In this document: positions 9,408 to 19,882 of the stretch, one piece after another | How the letters are laid out: each line of letters opens with the position of its first letter | Position numbering within the stretch: the first letter of the stretch is position 1 | Assembly (NCBI GenBank): GCA_020161835.1 | Contig: JAIUNL010000008.1 | Location: 84,552-148,551, forward strand | DNA: 64,000 bases | Direction of reading: 5' to 3' | Origin: Bacteroidota bacterium | GTDB taxonomy: Bacteria > Bacteroidota > JABWAT01 | Translations under genes and position numbers: made by a program | The notes under the pieces: generated by a model | Databases searched by the model: none | What the model saw: only the letters and a program-made list of their open reading frames with translations | What the model was told of the DNA's origin: nothing

Positions 9408-12400
9408 TTGAATACTTCACTTCGCTTCCTTTTTTCCGGGATTTTGTTTTTGCTTTTTTCATCAGTCAATGGGCAAGATTTGTCTCAGTTTACTCATGAA
9501 GAATGGACAACCGATGACGGATTACCCCAAAATACAGTTCTTTCAGTTCAACAAACCAAAGATGGATATATTTGGCTTGCAACCTACGAGGGGTTGGTCA
9601 GATTCAACGGCACTGAGTTTAAAGTTTTTGATAAACGAAATCTTCCCGGGTTAACAAATAAGTCCATTCTTTCTCTGACTGAAAGTTCTGATTCCTGTTT
9701 ATGGATTGGGACACGGCTTGGAGTAAACCGGTATAAATCTGGTAAACTGCTTTCAGATTCTGCTGTATTGCAACTTAAAAATCAATTTGTAAGAGCAATC
9801 CATGAAGACCGCCAAAAAACGGTCTGGTTTGCAACTGAATCAGGTTTGGGTGCTTATTCTAAAGGTTTGTTGAAAATTTATTCAACGGAAGACGGACTCA
9901 TAAATCCGAATATTACTGCACTTGAAGAAGACCAGGAGGGACGACTTTGGGTTGGTACTTCAAACGGACTTCAATATTTCAAGGACGGCAAATTTTTTAC
10001 ACCGGTTGTAAAATCAAAACTTCCTAACACATTTATAAGATCACTTTTGGTTGATCGTGATAATGTAGTTTGGGTCGGAACCTCAAACGGTCTTGTAAAG
10101 GTGATCAACGGAATTATAAATTCGATCCCTGAACAACTCACACTTCCAAACCAAATTATTACCTCACTCATTGAGGATCAGACAGGTGCAATATGGATTG
10201 GAACTGAAGCAGGACTTGCCCGATGGAAGGATTGGGATTTATCAGTTTTTTCAGTCAAAGACGGACTTTCGAATAATAAGGTTAGAGCTCTTTTTCAGGA
10301 TATTGAGGGGACAATCTGGATTGGGACCAATGTTGGACTAAACAATCTGAGGCAGGGTAGATTTACAGTCATTACCTCTCAAAAAGGTCTTTCTGATGAT
10401 TTTGTGAGAACTGTTTATCAGGATAAAAATGAAACAATCTGGGTCGGAACCGGTGCCGGATTGAATGCTATTGGAAAAAATGGAATAAAAACCTACCCGG
10501 TTTCAAAAGGATTACCCGGCGAAGAAATCATTTCACTTGCAGGTCAGGATGACGGTGCTTTAATTGTTGGCACCGGAAATAATGGTTTTTCTGTGTTAAG
10601 AAATGGTGTCTTTAAAAATTATACAACCAATGACGGCCTTCTTTCGAATACCGTCAGAGCTATCTTACCTGAGTCTAATGGCAAGGTTTGGATTGGAACC
10701 AACCGTGGCCTTAACCTTTTTGACGGAACCGGTTTTACTAAGTTTAACTCAGATGAAGGGCTTTCCGGCAATATCATACTTTCACTTGCTAAAGATAAAT
10801 CTGACAGACTTTGGATTGGCACTGCCTCGGGGTTGAATTCTATGACCCCGGATGGTAAAATTTCAGTTTACAGGGATTCAAACGGAAATCTGCATTCAAA
10901 TGTATTTTGCATTTACCCTGATGCCGGAAATAACATTTGGGTTGGAACTGACAACGGTCTTTTGCTTTTCAGAAATGGTAAACTTGTTACCTTTACCATT
11001 CAGGATGGTTTGTACGATGATATCGCTTTTCAGATACTCGAAGATGGGCCTGGTAATCTTTGGATGAGTTGCAATAAGGGTATTTACGAAGTTAAGAAAC
11101 AGGATTTGCTTGACTATGCTGATGGCAAACTAATCAGAATAACCTGTAAAGTTTATGGTAAATCAGATGGATTGAAAACAAGTCAGTGCAACGGTTCTTC
11201 TCAACCTGCCGGTTGGAGGTTAAAAGACGGAAGGTTAACCTTCCCGACTGCAAAAGGAGTTGCTGTTATTTACCCGGAAGGTGGACAGTTAAAAAATCTC
11301 GTTCCGCCACCCGTCGTTATCGAAAAGGTTTTGTCGTTCAACGAACCTGTTCTTATTGAAGAAATGATTAACCTTGAACCGGGTAAAAAACGGTTTGAAT
11401 TCCATTTCGCAGCACTAACCTTTATCGAACCTGAAAAGGTTAAGTTCAAATATTTACTGGACGGTTTTGATGAATCCTGGGTTGATGCGGGTTCACGCAG
11501 GGTTGCCTATTATACCAACCTTCCGCCAGGTAATTATACTTTCAGGGTCATTGCCGCCAACAAAGATGGTGTCTGGAATTCTGAAGGTGCCAGTGTCTCT
11601 CTTTACCTTGAACCGTTTTACTATCAAACCTGGTGGTTCTGGACCTTACTTGGTGCCTTTTTGATTTCAATTCTGGCCGGACTCCATTTTTATAGAGTCA
11701 ATCAATTAAAATTTCACGAAAAACGGCTTCAGAATCAGGTTGCAGAAAGAACTAAAGCTATTTTTTCTGAAAAGGAAAAAGCTGAAACAGCTCTCAAAAC
11801 AACTGAGGCCGCTCAACAAAATCTAAAAATAAAGACTGAAGAACTGGAACAAGCCCTGGTTCAACTCAGAAAAACACAGTCTCAGCTTATTCAATCAGAG
11901 AAAATGATCTCGGTTGGTCAGCTTACTGCCGGTATTGCCCATGAATTAAATAATCCCATAAACTATATCTTTTCTGCAGTTCTTCCATTAAGGCGTGATG
12001 TCGAAAATTTGCTTGCTACCATTGAACATCTCGTTGATTCATTTCCTGGAAATAGGGAGCAGATCAATCAAATTTTGAAACTTCATGATTTTTATGAAGT
12101 AGGTGAAGAAATTCCGGTTCTTCTGGAAGGAATCGAAGATGGAGCCAGGCGTACTGATCTGATTGTAAGAAGCCTTAGAAATTTTTCCCGTCTTGATGAA
12201 GACATTCCTAAAAAAATTGATTTACTTCTAAATATTGAAAACACACTCTTTCTTCTCAGAAACCGAATTGGTGAACAGATCACGATTATCAGGGATTTCG
12301 AAGAAATACCCATGGTTGACTGCTATCCCGGACAGTTAAATCAGGTTTTCATGAACCTGCTTCAAAACTCACTTGATGCAATTTCTGGAAAGGGAACTCT

Positions 12401-12683
12401 TACTTTAAAATCATGGCGTGAGGGAAGTGAAGTTTTTCTTTCTTTTACAGATGACGGAGCAGGGATTCCGGAGGGTGTTCTTCCCAAAATATTTGATCCG
12501 TTCTTTTCTACGAAGGAAATTGGCCAGGGTGTTGGGCTGGGATTGTTTGTTTGTTACGGAATCATAAAAGCACATCAAGGCCAGATCACGGTTTCAAGTA
12601 CATTGAAAAAGGGAACAACGGTAACGGTTATGCTACCGGTGCATCCGCCACTTCAGTCAAGTTCGGAACCTTCGGAAGCATGA
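9408..12683 (+). CDS. sensor histidine kinase with a periplasmic two-component-regulator propeller and Y_Y_Y domain; no receiver domain
   Basis: 1091 aa. It has a signal peptide and repeated WIGT..GL propeller blades, then a Y_Y_Y region, a TM helix and a coiled coil. The kinase core has a HisKA H-box (GIAHELNNPINYI) and HATPase_c N/G boxes (DDGAGIPE, GQGVGLGL). Confidence 0.8.
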   Translation: MNTSLRFLFSGILFLLFSSVNGQDLSQFTHEEWTTDDGLPQNTVLSVQQTKDGYIWLATYEGLVRFNGTEFKVFDKRNLPGLTNKSILSLTESSDSCLWIGTRLGVNRYKSGKLLSDSAVLQLKNQFVRAIHEDRQKTVWFATESGLGAYSKGLLKIYSTEDGLINPNITALEEDQEGRLWVGTSNGLQYFKDGKFFTPVVKSKLPNTFIRSLLVDRDNVVWVGTSNGLVKVINGIINSIPEQLTLPNQIITSLIEDQTGAIWIGTEAGLARWKDWDLSVFSVKDGLSNNKVRALFQDIEGTIWIGTNVGLNNLRQGRFTVITSQKGLSDDFVRTVYQDKNETIWVGTGAGLNAIGKNGIKTYPVSKGLPGEEIISLAGQDDGALIVGTGNNGFSVLRNGVFKNYTTNDGLLSNTVRAILPESNGKVWIGTNRGLNLFDGTGFTKFNSDEGLSGNIILSLAKDKSDRLWIGTASGLNSMTPDGKISVYRDSNGNLHSNVFCIYPDAGNNIWVGTDNGLLLFRNGKLVTFTIQDGLYDDIAFQILEDGPGNLWMSCNKGIYEVKKQDLLDYADGKLIRITCKVYGKSDGLKTSQCNGSSQPAGWRLKDGRLTFPTAKGVAVIYPEGGQLKNLVPPPVVIEKVLSFNEPVLIEEMINLEPGKKRFEFHFAALTFIEPEKVKFKYLLDGFDESWVDAGSRRVAYYTNLPPGNYTFRVIAANKDGVWNSEGASVSLYLEPFYYQTWWFWTLLGAFLISILAGLHFYRVNQLKFHEKRLQNQVAERTKAIFSEKEKAETALKTTEAAQQNLKIKTEELEQALVQLRKTQSQLIQSEKMISVGQLTAGIAHELNNPINYIFSAVLPLRRDVENLLATIEHLVDSFPGNREQINQILKLHDFYEVGEEIPVLLEGIEDGARRTDLIVRSLRNFSRLDEDIPKKIDLLLNIENTLFLLRNRIGEQITIIRDFEEIPMVDCYPGQLNQVFMNLLQNSLDAISGKGTLTLKSWREGSEVFLSFTDDGAGIPEGVLPKIFDPFFSTKEIGQGVGLGLFVCYGIIKAHQGQITVSSTLKKGTTVTVMLPVHPPLQSSSEPSEA

Positions 12684-15600
12684 TTGTAAAGCAGGAGCCT
12701 TTGCCAGGTTCACTGGTTACTGTAATTTTCCCCCGATGCCGCTGAATGATCTGGTAGGAGATTGAAAGCCCTAACCCGGTACCTTTTCCAACTGCTTTGG
12801 TTGTGAAAAACGGATCAAAAAGTTTTGATATATTGCCTTCAGGTATCCCAATTCCATTATCAGTAACCGATAAAATGACAAATTCTTCAGTTTCTGAAGA
12901 GTTTACCTCAATTATTCCAGTCGTCTCTATTGCCTGAATGGCATTCATCAGCACATTCATCAGAACCTGATTGATCTGCCCCGGGAAGCCTGTTATCAAT
13001 GAAGTGTGGTTAAATGCTGTTTTGATTTCTATCCGACCAGCGATTTCTTTCTCAAGTAATTTGAGAGTAATTTCAAATCCTTCTGAAAGGTCAAACACTT
13101 TCATATCATTTTCATCAACACGGGAAAAAGTACGCAGACTCTTAACAATATCAGAGGTTCTGCTGGCACCGCTTTCCATACCGGCAAACAACTGATCAAT
13201 CTCTGTTTTTAATTCCTCAGGTGAAATTGAATTTTTAAGTTTACTTATTTCAGCAAGAATTTTGTCAGCTTCTTCACTTTCAGGATCTTTTGTCAAAATT
13301 GTTTCGAGACGCTGGTATAAAATCAAATACTTCAAAAGTTCACCAACATCCTCTTTTAAAGGATAGATACTGGATTGAATGAAATTGACCGGATTATTAA
13401 TCTCGTGTGCAATTCCGGCTACCAATGTACCCAAAGACGCCATTTTTTCTGACTGGATGAGTTGAGTCTGAGACTGTTTAAGCTGTTCATAACTTGTAGC
13501 TAGCTCAGAGGTTTTCTCAAAAACCAGCTTTTCAAGCAGGATTTTTTCTTTCTGGGTTTTGGTAATCCGCCATTGGATGAAAAGGAAAATACTAAGAAGT
13601 AAAACGATCAGATAAACCGATCTTGCCCACCAGGTTGAGTACCAGGCCGGCAGGATTATAAATCCGGTTGAGGCAGATTCTGAGATAAGGCCATAAACAT
13701 TTTTACTTCTGACCTGAAACTGGTACTCACCAGCCGGCAGATTGGTAAATTCCTTAACGGTTTCAGATGTCCATACACTCCACTGATTACTAAATCCCAA
13801 CAGCCGATATTGAAACTCAGTTTTGCCGTCGCCATCAAATGTTGCAGAGGAGAAATGAAATTGCAGATTTCGTTGTGACCAGGGCAAAACAGGCCAACCG
13901 CTTACAGTTGAATCTGCAAGTGCAACCAAACCACTGTCAGATTTTACTTCTTTGATGTGTGTAAAAAAACTGGCTGAAATATTTTTTTCAATTGCCGAAC
14001 TATAACTGAAAATCCCGTTATCACCGCCAAACCAGGTCACGCCAGGATCTGATTCGGCAATAGACCAAATTCCGCCCAATGGTAATCGGTTAAAGGGAGC
14101 CGCCTGATATCTGTAAGTTCCTGATTTAGAGAATGTTACCAGAAAAACCTGTGAAGAATTGGTAACCCAAAGTGTTGAATCATTTCTTTGTCTGATAATA
14201 CTTGAGGCATCAATCAGTTCATTGGGGAAACCGGGTACCAATGAAAAAGGGCTTTGGTCATCTGGTTTTTGATAAAGACCAGAAACAGTAGAAATTACAA
14301 GTTTTCTTCTGAATTCAGAAGTAAAATTTTCGGCAGGGGGTAACCCATCCGCTTTATCAAAATGAGTGACTTCAGGGTTAAGCCAATTATCCTTTTCAAA
14401 TGTGAACCTGTTAACACCTTCATAAAAACTTCCTGACCAGATTCGGCCAGATTCATCTTCATTTAGGGAATAAATGCCGATTTTACTGTTATTTACCCTT
14501 CCAATTTGCCTGATCTTGTTTTTTTCCATCTGATAAACAAAAAGTCCATCAGGTGAACCTGAAAAAAGTATGCCGGGAAAACGTTTTGAAACCAGTAAGG
14601 TTGATTGATTGGCACTTACGATTTTATTGAGTTTTCCGTTTACCAATTGGAAGAGGCCATCACTTGAGGCGATAAGAATAGTATTTCCTGTTTGTTCAAG
14701 ATGCCAAACTTCACCTGAAAGGTCAGGTACCTGCTTAAACTCCAGATCTGTTTCTGAATTTGCAGAAGATCCGTTTGGCTCACGAAGTTCTGCGGTAAAA
14801 AGTCCGAACATGGTGCCGGCGTAAAGAACATCACGGGTGACAAGAATAGAAAGGACAATTCCCTTTATGCCGTTATTTTTCGAATAGTAACCCCATGGGG
14901 ACGGATATTCCACACGTGAAATTCCTTGTTCACCAGTTACCCATAACCCGTTTTCATGGTCTGATGTAACAGAATAAACAATATTTGAAGGCAATCCCTG
15001 TTTTTCTGAAAGAACAAAAACAATATTTCCTTCCTGATCGATGATCAGAACACCACCACGAATGGTTGGAATTGCAATATTCCCATTGCTGAGCAAGACC
15101 GGCTGAATGTAAGATTTGAATTTTTTCAGATAAGCAGAGGCTGGAGAATCTAAAAAAACCGGAATGTTATTCTTGAACTCAAAAAGCCCTTTGCTTTCTG
15201 AAATAAAAATGGTTCTGCCAGTTTTTGTTTTAAATCCAAACGGAATTTCTTCTTTCATGAAAACGGAGTGATCACTTATTCGCTTAACAATTTCCCCGGT
15301 TACTTGTAATAATCCAACTTCGTGTTCAAGAAGAAAGAGCGTATTTTCAACAGTAAAAAGGTTAGAAAAAACCTTTTTTTGGGGTTTGATTACCGTAATT
15401 GTTGAATAATCATACACGTATAACGCTTTGGCTGTCAGGAAGTAAATCCGGTTATCAAAACTTATTGTTTTCCAGACTTCATTAAATGAGCGGGCAGAAT
15501 CAGGAAGCAGAGAAAGAAGACTATGAAAAGAAAGTTTTCCATTTTTATCTGTTTCGAGAAAACCCAGATCACTTGTTCCTCCAACATAGACCTGCCTGTC

Positions 15601-15873
15601 ACTGCCAATTGCGAGTGATCTGACTACGCCATTTTGGGGTGTATCAATAAATGTCCAGTTTTTCCCGTCAAACTCAAGCACACCGCCACGGTTATTGCCA
15701 AAATACATCATGCCGTTCGGAGCCTGAACCGAGCAATAGGTTTGAGGATCAGCCTTATAATCTGAAGGACGGAAAATATGGATAAAAGGGGAGGAGAAGA
15801 CCGGATGAAATCCGGAAAGCAGGAATAAAATCAGAAACAATCTGGCTTTTTTAAGCGTTCGGATAATGATCAT
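12628..15873 (-). CDS. sensor histidine kinase with a periplasmic propeller and Y_Y_Y domain; paralog of 9408-12683
   Basis: 1081 aa with the same architecture as its neighbour. H-box [13 protein letters not shown]; G-boxes TDNGIGIPE and [10 protein letters not shown]. The 3' end overlaps the convergent paralog by 56 nt. Confidence 0.8.
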   Translation of the reverse strand: MIIIRTLKKARLFLILFLLSGFHPVFSSPFIHIFRPSDYKADPQTYCSVQAPNGMMYFGNNRGGVLEFDGKNWTFIDTPQNGVVRSLAIGSDRQVYVGGTSDLGFLETDKNGKLSFHSLLSLLPDSARSFNEVWKTISFDNRIYFLTAKALYVYDYSTITVIKPQKKVFSNLFTVENTLFLLEHEVGLLQVTGEIVKRISDHSVFMKEEIPFGFKTKTGRTIFISESKGLFEFKNNIPVFLDSPASAYLKKFKSYIQPVLLSNGNIAIPTIRGGVLIIDQEGNIVFVLSEKQGLPSNIVYSVTSDHENGLWVTGEQGISRVEYPSPWGYYSKNNGIKGIVLSILVTRDVLYAGTMFGLFTAELREPNGSSANSETDLEFKQVPDLSGEVWHLEQTGNTILIASSDGLFQLVNGKLNKIVSANQSTLLVSKRFPGILFSGSPDGLFVYQMEKNKIRQIGRVNNSKIGIYSLNEDESGRIWSGSFYEGVNRFTFEKDNWLNPEVTHFDKADGLPPAENFTSEFRRKLVISTVSGLYQKPDDQSPFSLVPGFPNELIDASSIIRQRNDSTLWVTNSSQVFLVTFSKSGTYRYQAAPFNRLPLGGIWSIAESDPGVTWFGGDNGIFSYSSAIEKNISASFFTHIKEVKSDSGLVALADSTVSGWPVLPWSQRNLQFHFSSATFDGDGKTEFQYRLLGFSNQWSVWTSETVKEFTNLPAGEYQFQVRSKNVYGLISESASTGFIILPAWYSTWWARSVYLIVLLLSIFLFIQWRITKTQKEKILLEKLVFEKTSELATSYEQLKQSQTQLIQSEKMASLGTLVAGIAHEINNPVNFIQSSIYPLKEDVGELLKYLILYQRLETILTKDPESEEADKILAEISKLKNSISPEELKTEIDQLFAGMESGASRTSDIVKSLRTFSRVDENDMKVFDLSEGFEITLKLLEKEIAGRIEIKTAFNHTSLITGFPGQINQVLMNVLMNAIQAIETTGIIEVNSSETEEFVILSVTDNGIGIPEGNISKLFDPFFTTKAVGKGTGLGLSISYQIIQRHRGKITVTSEPGKGSCFTIMLPKVPNLTEVADAPVA

Positions 15874-15953
15874 AGACTGAAGTTAAGAAAAAACATGCGG
15901 TGTTCCAATTTTTTGATGGGTTCAGAGCATGAAGGGATTTATGCCAATGAAAG

Positions 15954-15990
15954 CAAAAAAAAAAGTCCGTATAAAACGGACTTTTTAAAA
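15954..15990 (-). terminator. rho-independent terminator for the TPR gene; bidirectional in form
   Basis: A hairpin (gtccgt-ataaa-acggac) is flanked by A11 on the plus strand and T5. Read on the minus strand it is a stem followed by U10. Confidence 0.6.
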
Positions 15991-16008
15991 TGAAAACCAG
16001 GAACCGGT

Positions 16009-16716
16009 TTATTCGGCAATTTTTGCACTGAAAAGAGCAATAAATTTATCTGCTTCTTTGCCATAAGAACTGTCTTTATACTTTTCTTTTAGGTCAGTTA
16101 AAGTAGAGACTGCATTTTTGAAATTTCCGGCTTCAGCATAATTTAAAGCGGCAAGGTGTAAAAACCTTGGTGATAAAGCCTTGTTATCTGCCTGATCTGC
16201 AGCTTTAATATAAAGGCCCGCGGCAGCTTCAAAATCTTTTTTCTGTTCTTTTACAGCGGCAAGACCAGAATAAGCGGCACTTTGAAGTGTAGGATCATCA
16301 GAGCTGATTGCATCATAATACTTTTCAGCCTCATCATAATTTTTCAGATCATAAGAAAATTTTGCAGTATATAATTCGGCAACAGTTCCGCTTGGGGTTG
16401 AGCCAAAATCATCTGCAATGGCTTTCAGACCAATAACACCGGTCTTTGTTTCTCCGTTAAGAGCCAGATCAATCTGATTTGATTCTACAAACGGATACAC
16501 TTTTGAAAGCAAATCAGCAGCTTCTTTTTCATTGCTGCTCTTTAAAAACAGATAGGCAGCAGTGCCGGCAACAATAACCAGAAATGCTACACCGGCAATC
16601 AGGATTTGTTTTTGAAATTTATAATAATAAGCAAGGACTTCAGTGTAAGCAGTGACCAATTGGTCTTCTTTGATTTCCTTGTGTGATACTTTGACAGGTT
16701 TTTTTGATTTCAGCAT
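16009..16716 (-). CDS. membrane-anchored tetratricopeptide-repeat protein
   Basis: 235 aa with an N-terminal TM segment (ILIAGVAFLVIVAGTAAYLF) followed by TPR-like Ala/Tyr-rich helices. Confidence 0.6.
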   Translation of the reverse strand: MLKSKKPVKVSHKEIKEDQLVTAYTEVLAYYYKFQKQILIAGVAFLVIVAGTAAYLFLKSSNEKEAADLLSKVYPFVESNQIDLALNGETKTGVIGLKAIADDFGSTPSGTVAELYTAKFSYDLKNYDEAEKYYDAISSDDPTLQSAAYSGLAAVKEQKKDFEAAAGLYIKAADQADNKALSPRFLHLAALNYAEAGNFKNAVSTLTDLKEKYKDSSYGKEADKFIALFSAKIAE

Positions 16717-16773
16717 GTCGTTTTACTAAACTCCGATAACAGAAGTGGCTTAATTTTTAGGGTAAATACTAAT

Positions 16774-17658
16774 TTAATAAAAAAATTGACCAGTTGCACC
16801 TGAAAAGGTATTTTTCATCAACATTGCTATCGTCATAGGGCCTACACCACCTGGAACAGGGGTTATTGCCTTGCATTTTGGTGCACAACTCTCAAAATGT
16901 GCGTCACCAACCAAGCGATATCCCGATTTTGCAGAAGAATCAGGGATTCTGTTGATACCAACATCAATTAAAACACAACCATCTTTAATCATATCACCGG
17001 TGATGGCATTTGGTTTACCTGCTGCAGCAATCACAATGTCAGCTTCACGGGTAAATTTGGCGATATCAGGTGTGCCGGTATGGCAAACAGTTACGGTTGC
17101 ATTGGCTAGTTTTGATTTTTGAACGAGCAGATTGGCAATCGGTTTACCTACAATATTGCTTCTTCCGACTACAACAACATGTTTTCCGTCAGGCAGATTT
17201 CCTGATCTTTCAAGCAAAACCATAATTCCGGCCGGCGTACAGGGAACAAAGCCCGGTTCACCAATGACCAATTTCCCAACATTTACCGGATGAAATCCGT
17301 CTACATCTTTTCTGTAATCAATGGCTTCAATAACCTTTTTTTCGGAAATGTGTTTTGGAAGTGGCATCTGAACCAGAATGCCATGAATATCTGTCCGATG
17401 GTTGAGAAGTGAAATCCGTTCAAGAAGAAACTCTTCAGTAATCGTTTCAGGATAACGTTCTGAAACACTCAGGAAACCAAGTTCTTCACAGGCTTTGATT
17501 TTGGAGCCCACATAAGCCTGGGAAGCTGGGTTTTCACCAACTAAGATTACTGCAAGTCCGGGAACCGGTTTCCCGGAAAAAATCAGTTTATCAACCTCAA
17601 TTTTGAGTTCCTGTCTGATTTGCAGGGCAATGGCTTTTCCGTCAATTAACTGAGTCAT
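16774..17658 (-). CDS. folD: bifunctional methylenetetrahydrofolate dehydrogenase/cyclohydrolase
   Basis: 294 aa with the conserved FolD motifs (YVGSKIKACEELG, PLPKHI, the VVVGRSNIVGKP Rossmann fold, and PVPGGVGPMT). Confidence 0.9.
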   Translation of the reverse strand: MTQLIDGKAIALQIRQELKIEVDKLIFSGKPVPGLAVILVGENPASQAYVGSKIKACEELGFLSVSERYPETITEEFLLERISLLNHRTDIHGILVQMPLPKHISEKKVIEAIDYRKDVDGFHPVNVGKLVIGEPGFVPCTPAGIMVLLERSGNLPDGKHVVVVGRSNIVGKPIANLLVQKSKLANATVTVCHTGTPDIAKFTREADIVIAAAGKPNAITGDMIKDGCVLIDVGINRIPDSSAKSGYRLVGDAHFESCAPKCKAITPVPGGVGPMTIAMLMKNTFSGATGQFFY

Positions 17659-18470
17659 TTGTCGAATTCCGGGAAAAAGAGTCTTTGGATGTTTTTTGCT
17701 TTTCCGGTGGCAAGTTCCACCTTAACGATAACAGAGGCGAAGTGATTGTCTTCTGTTGCAGATTCATATTTGGATGGCGTTCCAAGAACGAAACGTTTCA
17801 TGGCAGCTTCTTTTTTCATGCCGATTACTGAATCGTAGGCGCCGGTCATGCCAACATCTGAAATGTAGGCAGTTCCTTCAGAAAGAATCCGTTCATCAGC
17901 AGTTGGCGTATGGGTATGGGTTCCAAGAACTGCAGAAACTTTTCCGTTGAGATACCAGCCCATTGCGACTTTTTCAGCAGATGCATCCGCATGAAAATCG
18001 ACGAATAAAACCTGTGATTCCTGCTTTATTTTATCAATAATCCAATCAGAGGTTCTGAACGGACAGTCGATCGGATACATAAAAGTTCTGCCCTGAAGAT
18101 TGAGAACACCGATTTTACCTTTTCCGTTGGGAATATCATAAACGCCATAGCCATAACCCGGATTTCCTTTCGGATAGTTCAGCGGGCGTAGCAATCGTTT
18201 ATCTGTTGCCATGTAAGGGAAAATCTTATGCTTATCGAAGGAATGGTTTCCACCAGTGATTACGTTAACGCCTGCACCATAAAGACGTTTGATCATTTCT
18301 TCATTCAAGCCACGTCCTTCGTGAAGGTTTTCACCATTGGCAATCACAAAATCCAGTTCGTATTTCTGGATGAAAGAAGGCAGCATTTTCTCGACAATGT
18401 TCAGTCCGGAATCTGAAATAACATCGCCAATCATCATTACATTTATCGTTGTACTCAAGTCCGGACTCAC
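17655..18470 (-). CDS. ymdB: YmdB-family metallophosphoesterase (TIGR00282)
   Basis: 271 aa. The metal-binding motifs IGDVI, GNH, GTHTHTPTAD and the overall YmdB-like length and layout support the call. Confidence 0.8.
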   Translation of the reverse strand: MSPDLSTTINVMMIGDVISDSGLNIVEKMLPSFIQKYELDFVIANGENLHEGRGLNEEMIKRLYGAGVNVITGGNHSFDKHKIFPYMATDKRLLRPLNYPKGNPGYGYGVYDIPNGKGKIGVLNLQGRTFMYPIDCPFRTSDWIIDKIKQESQVLFVDFHADASAEKVAMGWYLNGKVSAVLGTHTHTPTADERILSEGTAYISDVGMTGAYDSVIGMKKEAAMKRFVLGTPSKYESATEDNHFASVIVKVELATGKAKNIQRLFFPEFDK

Positions 18471-18485
18471 TTTCTATTACAAATT

Positions 18486-19256
18486 TTAAGATTTAAACAA
18501 CTCGTCAAGTGAAAGCGGACGGGAATTTTCCCATTGCCTGTCGAATTCAGCTTTGAGCTGATTGACCACTTTTTCATCATGAATTTCAAATGCTGCCTGC
18601 GGGGTATCACCGTGAATCAGCGGATAAACGTACATAATCGCCACAGAAAATCCGTCACGGGTTCCGAGAAAAAACATATTCACCGGAACGTAACTTTCAT
18701 CTGCAACCCGAACCTGCATTTTTTCACGGATGATGGTTTCAGAAGTTGACGATTTAAGTTTATTTGTGAAAACAGTGAGCCGTTCCATCCGGCGGCGATA
18801 TTGAAGAATCTGCTCGTCCGTTTTTCCTTCAAATACCAGAATTCTGACTTTCCGGATGCCGGTATCTTTGAAAATATCAACAAAATTGGGGAGTAAATCC
18901 TCATAGGCCAGGGTAAACGGTGCATTGAAGAAGGAAAATTCATTGCGAAAACCTGACCAAAGCGCAATATTTCTTGGGTTATCCTCAATCCGGATTCTGG
19001 GTTTCAATACTTTAGGTTCCAGGAAATAAGAATCAAGACGATCACGATTTGACTTGAGGATACTTTCAATTGCATCCATCCGGCTTGAAACCTGCCAGTT
19101 TTGGGCAACCATGTAAAAAACGAAGAGACATACAATCAGGAAAAGCATGGGAAGCAGAGCAGTTTCAGGCAAAATTCCCAAAGCATTGAGAATCAAAGCC
19201 GCGATGGCGCCGATGCCCCAGATCAAAGTTGAAAGATGAGTGATAAGCTTACGCAT
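18486..19256 (-). CDS. hypothetical membrane protein
   Basis: 256 aa with two N-terminal TM helices and then a soluble domain. I did not recognise a family. Confidence 0.4.
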   Translation of the reverse strand: MRKLITHLSTLIWGIGAIAALILNALGILPETALLPMLFLIVCLFVFYMVAQNWQVSSRMDAIESILKSNRDRLDSYFLEPKVLKPRIRIEDNPRNIALWSGFRNEFSFFNAPFTLAYEDLLPNFVDIFKDTGIRKVRILVFEGKTDEQILQYRRRMERLTVFTNKLKSSTSETIIREKMQVRVADESYVPVNMFFLGTRDGFSVAIMYVYPLIHGDTPQAAFEIHDEKVVNQLKAEFDRQWENSRPLSLDELFKS

Positions 19257-19273
19257 ATTGCCTGAACTCCAGG

Positions 19274-19801
19274 TCAGGAAGCAGGAATACCAGAACGGGA
19301 AAACCGGATTTTATCACCCGGCTGAATGTTATGTCTGTCTGAAAATCCGCCAACAACTTCAAGAACGTAAAGTGCAGAACCTTCAGACGGATATTTTCCT
19401 TCTGAGAAAGGTTGGGTGTACTTCTGAATGGAGACCACTTCCAAAGCTCTGTTGATAAAAATCATGTCAAGGGTAAGGTGAGTGTTTTTCATCCAGAAGG
19501 TTTGCGGACTTTCATAGTCAAAAATGAAAAGCATGCCTTCTGTTTCAGCCATGTGCTTCCGGTACATAAGTCCCTGCATCCGGCTCTGATCATTATCGGC
19601 AATTTCAATTTCAATTTTTAAATGGGAACTGTCGTTTTTGATAAAGGACAATTCGCCGTCTTTTCTGAATTTAATGGCATCTTCAGTTACCTGCTGATGG
19701 GGAACAGATGATCCCGGTTTCAGAAAATAACTGATGCCGTAGGTCAATCCGATTGCTGCAATCAGAATGACAATAATTAATTTTGTTGTGATTTTTTTCA
19801 T
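19274..19801 (-). CDS. DUF192 (COG1430) domain protein. The likely start is the internal Met (MKKITT...); the ORF track begins 21 codons earlier.
   Basis: It has a signal/anchor sequence. The conserved DUF192 core reads MQGLMYR...GMLFIF......FWMKNT...LDMIF. Confidence 0.6.
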   Translation of the reverse strand: MKKITTKLIIVILIAAIGLTYGISYFLKPGSSVPHQQVTEDAIKFRKDGELSFIKNDSSHLKIEIEIADNDQSRMQGLMYRKHMAETEGMLFIFDYESPQTFWMKNTHLTLDMIFINRALEVVSIQKYTQPFSEGKYPSEGSALYVLEVVGGFSDRHNIQPGDKIRFSRSGIPAS

Positions 19802-19882
19802 ATTTTCAATGTTTGCTAAACAGTCTGCAAAAATACAGAAGCCAGTTGTTGAATCATAACCCAAACGTCTGAAAGTTGTAAA

